Source: Diplonema japonicum (lineage: Eukaryota; Protista; Euglenozoa: Diplonemea). From it: a stretch of 64,000 bases of DNA. The number at the start of each line of letters is the position of its first letter. Positions within the stretch are counted from its first letter, which is position 1. The notes beneath the pieces were generated by a model. That model made no database searches, was not told the origin of the DNA, and saw nothing but the letters and a program-made list of their open reading frames with translations. The stretch is from contig OZ025742.1 of the NCBI GenBank assembly GCA_964019335.1, positions 124,001 to 188,000 of the forward strand. The letters run 5' to 3'. This document shows positions 1 through 11,357 of the stretch, piece by piece. The translations under genes were made by a program, and so were the position numbers.

Positions 1-75
1 ACAACAACAACTGTGAGAGCCAAACAAGCAGCAAAAAAAGAATTTTTTTTTTTTTTACGGACATTTTTTTTTTTT

Positions 76-407
76 TTTTACTTAATTTTGTAAAGTTACA
101 TGAGGAAATTTCTAAAGAGCCATCAAAATCAGAAATCACTTTACCGTTCACGTGTAAAAATATAGTGGACCATAAATGTAAAGTAATAGGCCGAATTTGG
201 CTTAAAAAAATGCCATAAATGTAAAGTAAAATCTGATTTTTACGCTGAGCAATTTCGGACTTTTTCGGCATTCGTCTTCATTTTTTGCATCGTGGCCGCT
301 AACACCGATCGGGCTAGCCTTCGGGCTAGTGGTAGTCTGGCCGGCTATTTACAAAAATTAAGTAAAATATCATACTAAATAAAAATCAGCCAGATTTTTA
401 TTTAGTA
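76..407. mobile_element. Non-autonomous element with subterminal inverted repeats plus distal hairpin (Helentron/HINE- or Crypton-like)
   Basis: Inverted repeat ttttacttaattttgtaaa (76-94) / tttacaaaaattaagtaaaa (348-367). Perfect 15-bp hairpin 373-387/393-407 and an internal ctagcc-ttcg-ggctag hairpin (314-329). Confidence 0.45.
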
Positions 408-822
408 AATAGTCATTACTTTTTTTTTTTCTCCAAACAATACAAAGTTTTGCAGTTATTTTTTATTTATTTTTTTTTTTTTTTTCCTTTTCATTCACAG
501 CACCACCTAAAATTTCCTGTGATACTTTAGTATTTCCATTCAAAAACAAAACAAAAAACAAAAAAAAAACCCAGTTTTGCTCTCCATAAGTTAAGGTATA
601 TGAATTAGAGAAAGGTTGGACTTCAAAAAAAGGGGGAGGGAAAGAAGAAAAAAAAAAAAAAAAAACCACATCCCCCCTTTTTATTATTTCTAAATATTTT
701 TTTTTTTTTTTTTTTTTTTTCAAAGAAAAAAAAAAAATCTCTCCTTTTTTTTTTTTATTTTTTCCCCTCACCAAAATTAAACCAAACTTTTTTTTCCGGG
801 GGTCAGCTGAGGGTCTCCTTGA

Positions 823-855
<33 letters not shown>

Positions 856-861
<6 letters not shown>

Positions 862-1797
862 GCCCACTTTTCAAAAGAGCCCGAAAAGCTCAAAACTGTG
901 GAAAAGCACAGCGAGTACGTGACAAGGGTGATGGGACACAATCCGGGCCCGTTCACACTGCAAGGAAGTAACACATATCTAATCGGAAAGACCAACTCAA
1001 AGGTTTTACTAGACAGCGGAGAAGGAAAAGAAGAGTGGTCCCACACCATAGAAAAAGAGCTCTCCGGCGGCAGCATCTCCAAGATCCTGGTCAGCCACTG
1101 GCACCCGGACCACGTCGGCGGCCTAAAACACCTAAAAAAAATGGATTGCTGCAAGAACGCTGTCTATTACAAGAAACCTGAACCGTATCACGACACCGAA
1201 GCCTTAAAGGACGCAGCAGAGATAGACTTTCAACCCTTGGCCGAAGGCGACGCAATTGAACTACCCGGAGGGGGCACACTAAAAGCCCTACACACCCCAG
1301 GCCACACCACAGACCACATCTGCTTCTATCTTGAAGAGGAAGACACCATTTTCACTGGCGATATCGTGCTTGGAACAGGATCCTCTCACTTCTCCGATTT
1401 ATCAGCCTACATGGCCACATTGAAACGCTTGCTGGGGATCTGTACGGAGGCAACAAAGATCTGCCCCGCGCACGGCCCTGTCGTATTGAACGGAAAAGCA
1501 AAAATTGAGGAGTACATCTCGCACAGGGAAGCTCGGGACGTGCAGATCCTTGCCAACATAGACGGCAACACAGCCCACGTTCTTGTTGCAAAGCTTTATA
1601 AAGATGTGCCTGAGCATCTTCACAAGGCAGCGGAGACCAATATCATCTTGCACCTTTTGAAACTCGAGACGGAGGGGAAGGTAACGGCCGACCGCACGCC
1701 CCATGAGGATCTGTCCAACACCACCCCACCCCCCGAGCTGCATGACATCTTCCATCTTGTCATGCCCAACTTGAAAACTATTTGGAATCGTGTGTGA
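856..1797 (+). CDS. LACTB2: Metallo-beta-lactamase fold protein, LACTB2-like endoribonuclease
   Basis: 313-aa ORF with NPGPFTLQGSNTYL, HxHxDH (SHWHPDH), HTPGHTTDH, FTGD and PAHGP motifs, and a C-terminal winged-helix-like HLLKLETEGKV. Confidence 0.9.
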
Positions 1798-1991
1798 AAA
1801 AAAAAAAAGGAAAAAAAAAAAAAAAAAAAAGAAAAGGAAACGTAGCGTAACGGTAAAGGAAGATTACCCGCCACATTTATTTGCCTGTACACAAGAGGCA
1901 CTTATTTGAACACCGTTCTTTCCCCCGTTCTTGATCTACTTGATAAAACTTTTTAACAAGAGGGAGGGGAAAAAAAAAAGAAGAAGAAAAG

Positions 1992-2540
1992 ATGGACAGG
2001 TTGGAAAGCAAACAACTCTCGACCCTTCTGAAGGCGATGTCCAAGGCTATGCTTTCTGATACGGACCAGGAGCTGACGGACGAGGATTTGGTGATGGCGT
2101 TGCTCGGGGACGAGGCTGAAGGGGACCTCGCAAGGAGCGTGGCGGTAGAGGTGAGGTGTCTCGCAGAGGGTATTATTGAAAATGACTACTCGGAAGAGGA
2201 GCTAGCTGCTTACCTGGGTGGGCTGACGTGGGTGAAGGATGACAAGGATAAATCTAGAGTGGTGTCCAAGTGGTGGCGGTCAAGCAGGGACCTGATTCAC
2301 TTTGCAAGACTTGCGCAAAATAGTGTTAAACCGGTCCTTGAGAACTTCAAGTGGGACATTATCACAACAACCACGTCCGCTGGGACGTCCGAAAATATTT
2401 GCAGAATTTCGTTGAAGATTAGACAGGCGGACGGGACGCTGCTTCAAACGTCGTTTGACGCAGACGAGCCGACACTGGCAGAGGTGGTGGAGATCGTGTC
2501 GCAAATAGAGGGAACTGTGTCGGAGGCGAACGGGCAGTAA
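1992..2540 (+). CDS. COMM domain protein, COMMD1-like
   Basis: 182 aa. The segment KWWRSSRDLIH...LENFKWDI...ICRISLKI...SFDADEPTLAEVVEIVSQIE resembles the COMMD1 helical and COMM domain layout. Confidence 0.65.
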   Translation: MDRLESKQLSTLLKAMSKAMLSDTDQELTDEDLVMALLGDEAEGDLARSVAVEVRCLAEGIIENDYSEEELAAYLGGLTWVKDDKDKSRVVSKWWRSSRDLIHFARLAQNSVKPVLENFKWDIITTTTSAGTSENICRISLKIRQADGTLLQTSFDADEPTLAEVVEIVSQIEGTVSEANGQ

Positions 2541-2626
2541 AAGACAGTTTTTTTTTTTTTTTTTTTTTTATTCTTTTTCTCGTACGTTGTTTTTTTTTTT
2601 TTTTTTCCCTTAGTCTCGCGTGGAGG

Positions 2627-2659
<33 letters not shown>

Positions 2660-2691
2660 CCCCGTGTCTTGTCCAATTTTTTTAAGTGTCC

Positions 2692-2728
<37 letters not shown>

Positions 2729-2792
2729 CGGGAAAAAAAAAGGGGGAAAAGAAATCAACAACAATAAAGCTACACTTTCACAAAAAAACAAA

Positions 2793-3122
2793 ATGCCAAG
2801 CAAAAAGAACTCTGTGCCCAGCGGTACCCTTGGAGGTACTTATGAATTCGAGACGGGCACTGACATCGTGGACACAGGGGACGAGATAAGCAACTTCGAG
2901 AATAGACTAAACGGCGGCGAGCCGAAGGGGAGACAACTCCCGCCTTCCGGGGGAGCTGCGAAGACGAGACTGACCTCCGTTCAAAAACCGAATACAAAAC
3001 CCACCACCCACACAACCGGCAAGGGACAAATATCGGACGAAATGCAGAACAAGCTAGCGGATATCAAAGCGGTACGAGAACTCGATAAATTCAACGGGGA
3101 TGGCGACGAGGACTCTGAATAA
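2793..3122 (+). CDS. Hypothetical 109-aa hydrophilic protein
   Basis: ATG at 2793 after an A-rich leader; homopolymer-free, coding-like composition up to TAA at 3122. Confidence 0.6.
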   Translation: MPSKKNSVPSGTLGGTYEFETGTDIVDTGDEISNFENRLNGGEPKGRQLPPSGGAAKTRLTSVQKPNTKPTTHTTGKGQISDEMQNKLADIKAVRELDKFNGDGDEDSE

Positions 3123-3136
3123 TTTTTTTTTTTTCG

Positions 3137-3270
3137 GGTGGTGGGGATAACATGAAAATATAAGAAGTACATCAGATGTGTTGTTCGCTGTTGACCTCCT
3201 CGTCGGTCATCACCGGTAGCGCCCGAGTGGAAGAACGTAACGCAGATGCTCAGGGTGACGAACAGGCAGC
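3137..3270 (+). ncRNA. HDV-like self-cleaving ribozyme (family A)
   Basis: P1 GGUGGUG 3137-43/CAUCACC 3208-14; P2 GCUGUUG 3187-93/CAG(G)CAGC 3263-70; P3 ACC/GGU; L3 UCCUCGUC; P1.1 GG 3215-16; P4 3220-28/3248-57; J4/2 A-C3259-GAA. Confidence 0.8.
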
Positions 3271-3461
3271 AAACTGCACGAGCGCAGAATCTTGGTTACC
3301 CGGGACGCCCCGGCTAGGGTTGAGCACCGCACGCATTAAGGACACGACGCGGAACGCAGAAGAAGCTACAACTCGGCCGCGGTGCGCCCCCTGTAATCAA
3401 GTAGGTAGTTCGTGCTTCATTTGCACGCTTACCGCCACCTAGTGTTGCAATCAAAGCCCCA
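3137..3461 (+). mobile_element. Ribozyme-headed SINE-like retroposon, family A, full-length copy 1
   Basis: Near-identical to 48059-48383 and 22199-22445 and flanked by T-runs. The 3' stem-loop (taggtag...cgtgc/gcacg...ccaccta) is followed by aatcaaagcccca and poly(T). Confidence 0.85.
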
Positions 3462-3543
3462 TTTTTTTTTATTTTTTTTTTATTCCACAAAACCTTCACT
3501 TTCCTTAACACCACCCAGTACAAAAAAAAAAAAAAAAAAAAAA

Positions 3544-4950
3544 ATGGTTCTCGCAGAGCTGGGCGGGCAAATCAACCAAGCCTTGGCGAAAATTTCAAGG
3601 GCCACAGTAGTCGACGATGCAGCGGTAGAAGAAATGGTGGATGAATTGTGCAAGGCACTGCTCATAGCGGACGTCAACGTCGGTCTAGTGAAGCAAATGA
3701 AGGAGTCCCTGAAGGAGAAGATCTCCCTTGAGGACATGGCCCAGGGTTTCAACAAGCGAAAGTACGTCCAAAACACTGTTTACCAAGAGCTGAAATCCCT
3801 CCTAGACCCCGGCATCAAGCCCTATAAGCCCATCAAAGGCATGTCGAACGTAATCATGTTTGTCGGCTTGCAAGGTTCGGGAAAAACAACAACGTGCACG
3901 AAGTTCGCAACTTACTACAAAAACAAAGGCTGGAAGGTGTGTGTAGTCTGTGCGGACACATTCCGAGCCGGAGCGTACGACCAACTGAAACAAAATTGTG
4001 CCAAAGTCAAGGTGGACTTCTACGGGTCCTTAACAGAAACTGACCCGGTAGTGATCGCGCAGGAAGGTGTCGAAAAGATGAAACAATCCGGGTGTGAGAT
4101 CATTGTCGTTGACACCTCAGGCCGTCACATGCAAGAAAAAGCACTTTTCGACGAAATGGAGCAGATCCAAGAAGCGGTTCAACCCAACGACATCGTTTTC
4201 ACCATGGATTCCTCTATAGGGCAAACCGCCTACGAGCAAGCCTTGGCTTTTAAAAACGCGGTGCCGGTCGGTTCAGTTATCATAACAAAATTGGACGGTC
4301 ACGCGAAAGGTGGTGGTGCTCTGTCCGCAGTCGCTGCTACACGATCCCCAATCATATTCATCGGTACTGGTGAACATTTCCAAGATTTCAAAGCGTTCGA
4401 TCCAAACACTTTTCTGTCGCAGCTTCTAGGGTACGGCGACGTTGGTGGGCTCATGGAGGTTATAAAAGACGCGGGAATTGATTCGAAATCGGAATTATAC
4501 CAACGATTCTCTGAAGGGGTGTTCACCCTGAGGGACATGTATGAGCATCTTCAAAATATGATGAAAATGGGCCCCATGGGAAAAATCATGGAAATGCTCC
4601 CCGGGATGGGGCAACAAATGTTTTCGGGAGAACACTCTTCCAAAAGACTCCGAGTGTACATGACTATTATGGACTCAATGACCGACAAGGAGTTGGACGC
4701 AGATAATGTGAAGAAATTCCTGACCATAGAAAGGCAGATACGAATTGCACAGGGGTCCGGGAGGGGGATGTACGAGGTGCGTGATCTTATGGCGGCGTAC
4801 CAGAAGTTCGAAGACATGGTGAAGAAAATGCAGAAGCTCGATTTAAAGAAATTTGAAAACCCCTCCGCGCTGCAAGGAAAACAAGGTGTTCAACAGGTTT
4901 CTCAGCTTGCTCAGGCACTTGATCCCCAGGTTTGTTAAAATTATGGGAGG

Positions 4951-4981
<31 letters not shown>

Positions 4982-5127
4982 TCCTCCGGCAGCTTGGTGG
5001 TATGGGCGGTCTCCAGCATATGATGCAACAGCTTGCCCAAAACGAACAAGCGGAGAAAGAATCTGGAGGTGGTGGTGGTGGTGGTGGTGGTGAGAAGAAG
5101 AAAAAAGACAAAAAGAAGAAGAGGTAG
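3544..5127 (+). CDS. SRP54: Signal recognition particle 54 kDa subunit; join(3544..4929,4981..5127)
   Basis: MVLAELG N-terminus, GLQGSGKTT, DTFRAGA, DTSGR and TKLDG motifs. Splicing a 51-nt GT-AG intron restores DPQVLRQLGGMGGLQHMMQQL. Confidence 0.97.
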
Positions 5128-5444
5128 GAAAAAAAAAAAAAAAAAAAAAAAAAAGGAAAAGAAAGAAAAAAAAGACAAAAAAGAAAGTTTTTCTTTTTTT
5201 TTCCCTTCTCGTTTTTGCTACTTTTTTTTTTTCACCCCGCGTGCGACAGAAAAAAAAAAGTCTTGTTTTTTTTTGTTTTTGTTTTGGTCCCCCCACCCCA
5301 TTCACAGTTTCCATGCAGGTTTTTTTTTTTTTTTTTTTTTGAAGCAGTGTGCCCTTACTTTTTTTCACTCACCAAAAAAAGAGAAAGAAAACGTTTTTTT
5401 TCTTTTTTTTCTTTGTTTTTTTTTCCGATTTCTTTCACTCATTG

Positions 5445-5477
<33 letters not shown>

Positions 5478-5606
5478 GTGCGTTTCCTTTACATCTTTCT
5501 CTTTTTTTTTTTCATTTTTTCATTCGTTCTCCCCCCCCCCCCACTACCACCAAAAAAAAAGGAGAGAAAAAAGAAGAAAAAAAAAGGAAAAAAAAATGCC
5601 CAACCG

Positions 5607-7169
5607 ATGAGGGAGGCAACGTTAGCATGCACGATTTATTCAGTACATGGGGAGGGGAAACTGGAGAGGTTCATCGCCCTGCAAGAGGAGGAAAACATAA
5701 CGGTAAATTGCGACGGGCTATGGATGCGGATAATCAGACGCGGTGGCCATGAAATGTTAAAATGCCCCTTGGAAGAAGTTATAGGAGTCTCGGTGGGGGG
5801 TGGCTTGGCAGATGTAAGACTGAAAAACACGGTCATCCGGCTCACAGGAGATGCTAGCGAAGTAAGTACCACCGCCCAGTCGATTTCAGGTGGAGTAGAA
5901 CGCCTCACCGATCTTGAACGGGATGTCCTTGATCTCAGGCAGCACGTGTTCAATCTGGAGAATAGTATTCTGCAGTCCCCAAGGGCTTCCTCAGTTGTAA
6001 TCGCGACAAATTCAACTAAAAATCGTCACATTGTCCCGTCAGTTGGGACTAAGGTGTCCTCCCCCTCCCACCCTTCGCAGGTTGGCACGGTTCTTTCTTC
6101 CTCGGGACCGGTGATCCAGGTGGCGTGGTCGGGGCCAGGGTCGCCCCACACAGTGACGTCGCACGTGTCCGAACCTTTTGAGACGTCAGGGTTGCGTTTA
6201 CTCTCTCCATCCCCACCGGCACCCGTCTCATGCATCATGACACCGCCCAAGGCGAACGGTTCCTTTGTGTCGATATCCCCTTCCTTGAAAGGGAGCGAAC
6301 CACCATTTTCCATGAACAATAGGCCGAGAAAAGTTTCCATGGAGGTGTGGGAGGGGGAAAAAAAAAATTTTTTTTTTTTAAAGACAGTAACGTCTTCAGA
6401 GGGCATCAACACCCCTGCAAGGAAAAGCTCGTGTGTGAGCAGCACACCTGAGAAAGCGGTATAGATTTTTTTTTTTTCCAAAAAAAAATAATTCTTTATG
6501 ACTATATGTCTTTGTTGTTCGCACGAGCAAAAAAGATTTTTAAAAAAGCTGCGAAGGTTTTTGCTCGGCACAAGTTGCATATAGTTATAAAATCATTTTT
6601 TGAAAGATAAATATTTGTAACAAAAAAAAAAAAAAAAAAAGAAACAGATTCAGCTAGATTCTACGATACCCGTGGGTGCTGGAAAACGGTTGCCGTTGCT
6701 GTCCATTCTGGACCCCGATCTGGTGTCAGGGAGCAGCGTCCAAACGGAGTCCAGTGTCGCGATGGCCACCCCGAGGAGTAACAACACACAAGGGAGCGCG
6801 AAGGACAGCAAAAAGGGAACGCGTAGCGGTGCGAACACGCCGGTCGGCCCTGGAAGTGATAAATCGCTCCCCTTTGAAAAACTGAAACTGAAGCTGTCGA
6901 AGGCGATCCAAAACAGACCCTTTGTGACATCGCCGAGCTCCTTGAACTCCACAGCTGTCAACACACAGATTTTAAAAACTGCGTGCAGGTGGTGCGGACT
7001 AACTGCGACAGCAGAACACGAAACGCGGCGGTGCGCTTTTCGCCAGTTAACGTGCCCTCACTGCACCCAAGCGATGATTGCCAGAGACTATCCTTACCAC
7101 TCTCAAATGTGTGTCAAAAATCCTAAGAACGGGAGGACTTCTGCACCATCTACACCATTGCCATTGTAG
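5607..7169 (+). CDS. Hypothetical S/P-rich protein with C-terminal TRAF-type zinc finger; join(5607..6344,6384..6458,6648..7169)
   Basis: Two ORFs are joined in frame by GT-AG intron 6459-6647, with a probable 39-nt in-frame intron at 6345-6383. C-terminal CRWC...HETRRC...CPHC...H...C. Confidence 0.7.
6493..6621. repeat. ~130-bp foldback MITE-like repeat inside an intron
   Basis: Reverse-complement copy at ~16562-16696; internal inverted repeat ttatgactatatg/catatagttataa. Confidence 0.75.
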
Positions 7170-7759
7170 TTGTTATTATTTTTTTTTTTTAATTTTTTTT
7201 TTTTTTTTAGAGTGAGGGGATTGGTGAGCGCCTTCACAATCCTCCCCCCCCCTTTTTTTTTCTTTTCCCCCCTGTCTATTATGTGTTTTCAAAGTCAAAA
7301 AAAAAGGGGGAGGGGGGAACAAGAGATATTTGATATTTGTTTTTTTTTTGTCCCCATGGCGCGTACAAACAACGGCCAGTTCCTTTTTTTTCTCCCCCCC
7401 CCTCCTTTTCCCTTTTGCAAGGAAAAAAAAAAAGAGAAGAGAACAAAAAAAAAAAAAGAAAAAAGCATAAAAGAACGAAAAGAAAAAGGAGAAAGAACGT
7501 TATGGTCCCCCCCCCCCCCCCCCTATTCCCCATGTAAACTTTATTAGGTATTTTTTGATTCTTTTTTTTTTTTGGTTTAATTTTTTTCTTTATTCCACCA
7601 TCTGCTGAAATTCGTTTCTGGCTACGCCTGATTTTTTTTTTCTGAGAAGCTAGGGTAAAAATGTACACAACAACGGCACGATTGACTATGGGGTGCTAGT
7701 GTGATAGTAGGGGGGGGGGGGAAAGAAAAAAAAAGGGGGGAAATATTCTGTTCTTTTTT

Positions 7760-7799
7760 AGGCGTCCTGCCACATACCGCAGGTACCCTTAAATGTCTC
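7760..7799 (+). mobile_element. 40-bp T-tailed micro-retroposon (copy 1 of 3)
   Basis: aggcgtcctgccacataccgcaggtacccttaaatgtctc followed by poly(T); identical at 39872-39911 and 61015-61054 (-). Confidence 0.8.
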
Positions 7800-8028
7800 T
7801 TTTTTTTTTTTTTTTTTTTTTCCCTGCGAAGGCCCTTAATTGCTGTGCAGGCAGTGCCATCCGGTAATACGATATGATTTTCTTCTTCTTTTTTTTTTTT
7901 TTTTTTTTTTTTTTGTCTTTATTTTGTGTTTCGTTGTCTCTTGGAGGGGAGCAAAAAAAAAAAAAAAAAAAAAAAAAAGAATACACCTGAGGGAGGAAAA
8001 AGAGGAAGAAAAAAAAAAAGAAAAGGAA

Positions 8029-8129
8029 ATGGACGCCGCTATGCCTTCAGGATCTGTACCAGCTGGTGCACCCGTGGCCTCTGGGCCTGTTGCAGTTGCG
8101 GCGCCGCTTGGAGTATGTTGGAGGGGAAT

Positions 8130-8168
<39 letters not shown>

Positions 8169-8302
8169 AGGCGCCTGCTGTGCGAGTAGCCGCCCCAGCA
8201 GCAACAGCCAAACCTGCACTCTCATCAAAGAAGCAGCTCCCTGCAGGCCAATGTGTGTTCCCTGGGTACCACATTCAGTCCATAAAACTCTTCCCTGCGT
8301 GA
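8029..8302 (+). CDS. Putative 71-aa Ala/Pro-rich microprotein; join(8029..8112,8171..8302)
   Basis: ATG after an A-rich leader; phase-0 GTATGT...(A)nCAG intron; ends KKQLPAGQCVFPGYHIQSIKLFPA*. Confidence 0.6.
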
Positions 8303-8556
8303 AATTTAAAAAATAAAAAAAAAAAGTTTTAAAATTAAAATTGAAGAGTTCCTCTTAACCAATTACCGGTTTTTTTTTTTTTTTTGTTTTTGTTTCTTCT
8401 TTTTTTTTTGAGTACCCAACCCGCCCCAATACCGCCCTCTTCGTCCTCTCCCTTTTATTTATTTCTCTCCATCCCATCCATGCTTTTTTTTCTTCTCTTT
8501 TTTTTTTTTTTTTTTTTTTCTTTTTTTTTTTTTACATTCTATTTAAAATTTATTTG

Positions 8557-9114
8557 TTTATTTCACTCTTCGTCATTTTCTTCACTCACTAGGGGCCTCA
8601 TAATTTAACGCGAAACGGCCATTATTTAACGCGAAATCGCCATTATTTCTAGTTAAATAATGAGATTTTGCAGTTAAATAACGGCCCTTCAGAGTGAAAT
8701 AATGGCCCTTCAGAGTGGAAAATGAGTCGCCGTGGAAAAAAATGCCCCCAACCCCTCGAAAAGTTTTTTTGGGGTGGGGGTATTTTGACTATTTTTGGCC
8801 ATCTGAGGCCATTCCAGCCCTTAAAAGTGGGAATAAGTGCCTTACTTCCCCTTTAAATGCCACGGCGAAATAGCAACCCCATATTACCTTAGGAAAATCC
8901 CCAAAAAGGCTGACCTGCGTGAAAAAAAACAGCAGTGAAAGCAGTGAAGAGTGAGTGACTCAAATGACGAAGAGTGAAATAAAACAACTTACTTGCCGCC
9001 AAATGAGCCATTATTTAACTCTCGTTACCCGTTTTTTTGCACTCGGGCCCTGCGGGCCCTCGTGCAAAAAATTCGGGAACTCGAGTTAAATAATGACTCA
9101 TAATTTGTTGGCAA
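8557..9114. mobile_element. Non-autonomous element with subterminal inverted repeats plus long 3' hairpin (Helentron/HINE- or Crypton-like)
   Basis: Perfect 22-bp inverted repeat 8557-8578/8962-8983, a ~120-bp imperfect hairpin at 8992-9114 and internal short direct repeats. Confidence 0.6.
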
Positions 9115-9327
9115 TAAATAGTTATTTTTGCGTTACACGAAGAACGAAAAAAAAAAAAAGAAACACCAACAACAAAAAAAAAAAAAAAAAAAAACGCCCC
9201 CTTTCATTCTTCAGCTGTATTTTTTTTTTTTTTCAGTTTTCGTTTTTTTTTTTTTATTATTCCTTCTCCTTTCTGCAATAATAACCAACACAAGCCGACT
9301 TTGAAGAAAAAAAGGGAAAGAAAAAGT

Positions 9328-10619
9328 ATGTCGGCCAACCCAATGGAGAAAAGCGTCGGCTTCCTGCAAGAAGTCGGCGTGCTGCAATGGAAGGCACGAA
9401 ACGAGCCAGCGATGTGGAATTTACTCAGAAGGGCGGCAGCGGCGGCAGCGCAAGCGACATCAATAAGCCACAACAACGAAGCGATGATCAACCAGCTGGC
9501 GGAGGACATCATCAAACGAGCGGACACGGACATGACAGTGTTCAAGCTGTTACAGCACGCTGCCTCCGCCGCCAGGGGCGAGGTGAGCGAGAGCTCAATC
9601 GCAGGAGAGGAACACCCACCAAGCGTCTCCGAACTCCCAGCACCCCAACCCGCCGCCCAAACTGGCGACATGGAAAAGGCCTTCGCAGAAGCATTGGGGA
9701 TAATCGACCATAAAAGTGCATCCTCACTCCTTGCCGTTCCCCACCCCGACACCGTTTCCATAGTTTCCTGTGACACTGACGGTCCTATGCCCATTATACC
9801 TATCAGAACCGAAGCACCGAGAAAAACCCCGGTTTCAATTTCTCAAGCGGAGCCATCCCCGTTAGCGGAGGTGAGCGCGTTGTCAGAGGTCCCCACTACG
9901 AGTGAGGCATTTGCAGAGAGGTTGAAAACGGTGCTCGACCGCTATCGGGCAGGGATGGCGGGCAGGAAACAAGACGCCATTTCTGACCAGAACGACAAGC
10001 TGGAACTGTTAAAGGCAGCTTTTGACGCTGGCGCCTTGACCCCCGCTGCATTTGCCGATGCTGTTTCTTCATTGACGAGGCCCGTCCCGCCTGCAAACCC
10101 CATTCCTGTTCCTATAACCACCCCGCTTCCATTAGAACCGAAGCCTCTTTTGTCGCCCATGCCAGTGCCTGTTGTTCCTGCAGTACCAGTGCCTGTTCCG
10201 GTTGAGGGTAGAGGGAGGTCTGGTGCGGCGGTGAACCCCAACCCTAGAAGGATGATGTCTCCGATGAGGCCTCCCACCCGCACGCCAGCGGGGCCTGTTG
10301 ATGTTGCTATGGTCTCGCAAACTTCGGCGCCTGCATTGTCCCCGCGGCCTGTGCCGCCTGTTTCACCGTTGGGAAGGCAGTGCAGGGAGTATGTTGGGGA
10401 GAGAAAAAAAAAAAAAAAAAAAAAAAAAAGTGTGTCGCCTGCGAATAGAGCGTCTCAACGGTCGCATAGCACCCGGATTATGAATGCAAGGAGGCATGCA
10501 GCAACTTGCCTTACTCCTAAAGGTGTGAATTGAATGGGAGGGGGGGAGGGGGGAATAAGAAATAAACCGCAGATCCTGGCAACGCTTCTTGGGATCCTGT
10601 AGTGTCTGAGGATTTGTGA
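9328..10619 (+). CDS. Pro-rich hypothetical protein with SHOCT-like motif; join(9328..10388,10431..10522,10573..10619)
   Basis: Long ORF with DKLELLKAAFDAGALTPAAF (SHOCT-like). Two purine-rich GT-AG introns (42 and 50 nt) give the C-terminus DPGNASWDPVVSEDL*. Confidence 0.7.
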
Positions 10620-11008
10620 TTTTTTTTTTTTTGAAAAAGAAATTAGAGTTAGAGTAGTATCCTCTTCTTTTTTTTTTTTTTTTTTTTTTTTTTGTTCTTT
10701 CCCTTCATCTCTCCACCCCGTTGTTCTTTTTCTCCCCCCCCTTTTTTTTGTTAGTTGCTTACGCCAGGCGGTTTATAAGCAACCAAAGTCATGCTTCTTT
10801 TTTTTTTTTTTTTTTTAAAGGAACTGTATAGCCTGTTGTATAACCACCTCCTTATCTCCCTACCTCCTTCTTCCCCCTCACCCCCAAGCAAATAGATGTG
10901 AAACAAGAAATAGAAGAAAAAAAGAAAAAAAAAAACGACCCCGAACTTTTTTTTAAATAAAAATGTTTGATGTGATTCTCGACTTGACCCTTGATCTTTT
11001 TTTGTTTT

Positions 11009-11056
<48 letters not shown>

Positions 11057-11357
11057 GTGGGCCGTTGCAAACCACTTCGTTTCCTATCAATAGAGAATTC
11101 CCCCCTTTACCCTGCACACTGAATATCGATTTCCCCCCCCTTCCCCTTTCCCTCTCTCTTTTTTTTTTTTGTTTTCCGATGTCATTGTAAAAGAAAGAAG
11201 GGAAAGAAAGGAAAAAAAAAAAAAAGAAAAAAAAAAAGTGAGGGGGCGCGGGGAGGAGGGAGGAATTAATTTTTCTCTTTCTCGTTCCTTTTTTTTTTTT
11301 TTCTTCTTTTTTTTTTCCCTTCAAAAAAAAAAAAAAAAAAGGAGAGAGGGGGGGAAA

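Noticed and set aside
3176-3442. ORF MCCSLLTSSS... recurring at 22212 and 48100
   Set aside because: Lies within the SINE and the frame is not conserved between copies.
5596-5610. uORF MPNR* overlapping the ATG at 5607
   Set aside because: A single instance that cannot be distinguished from chance or an indel error.
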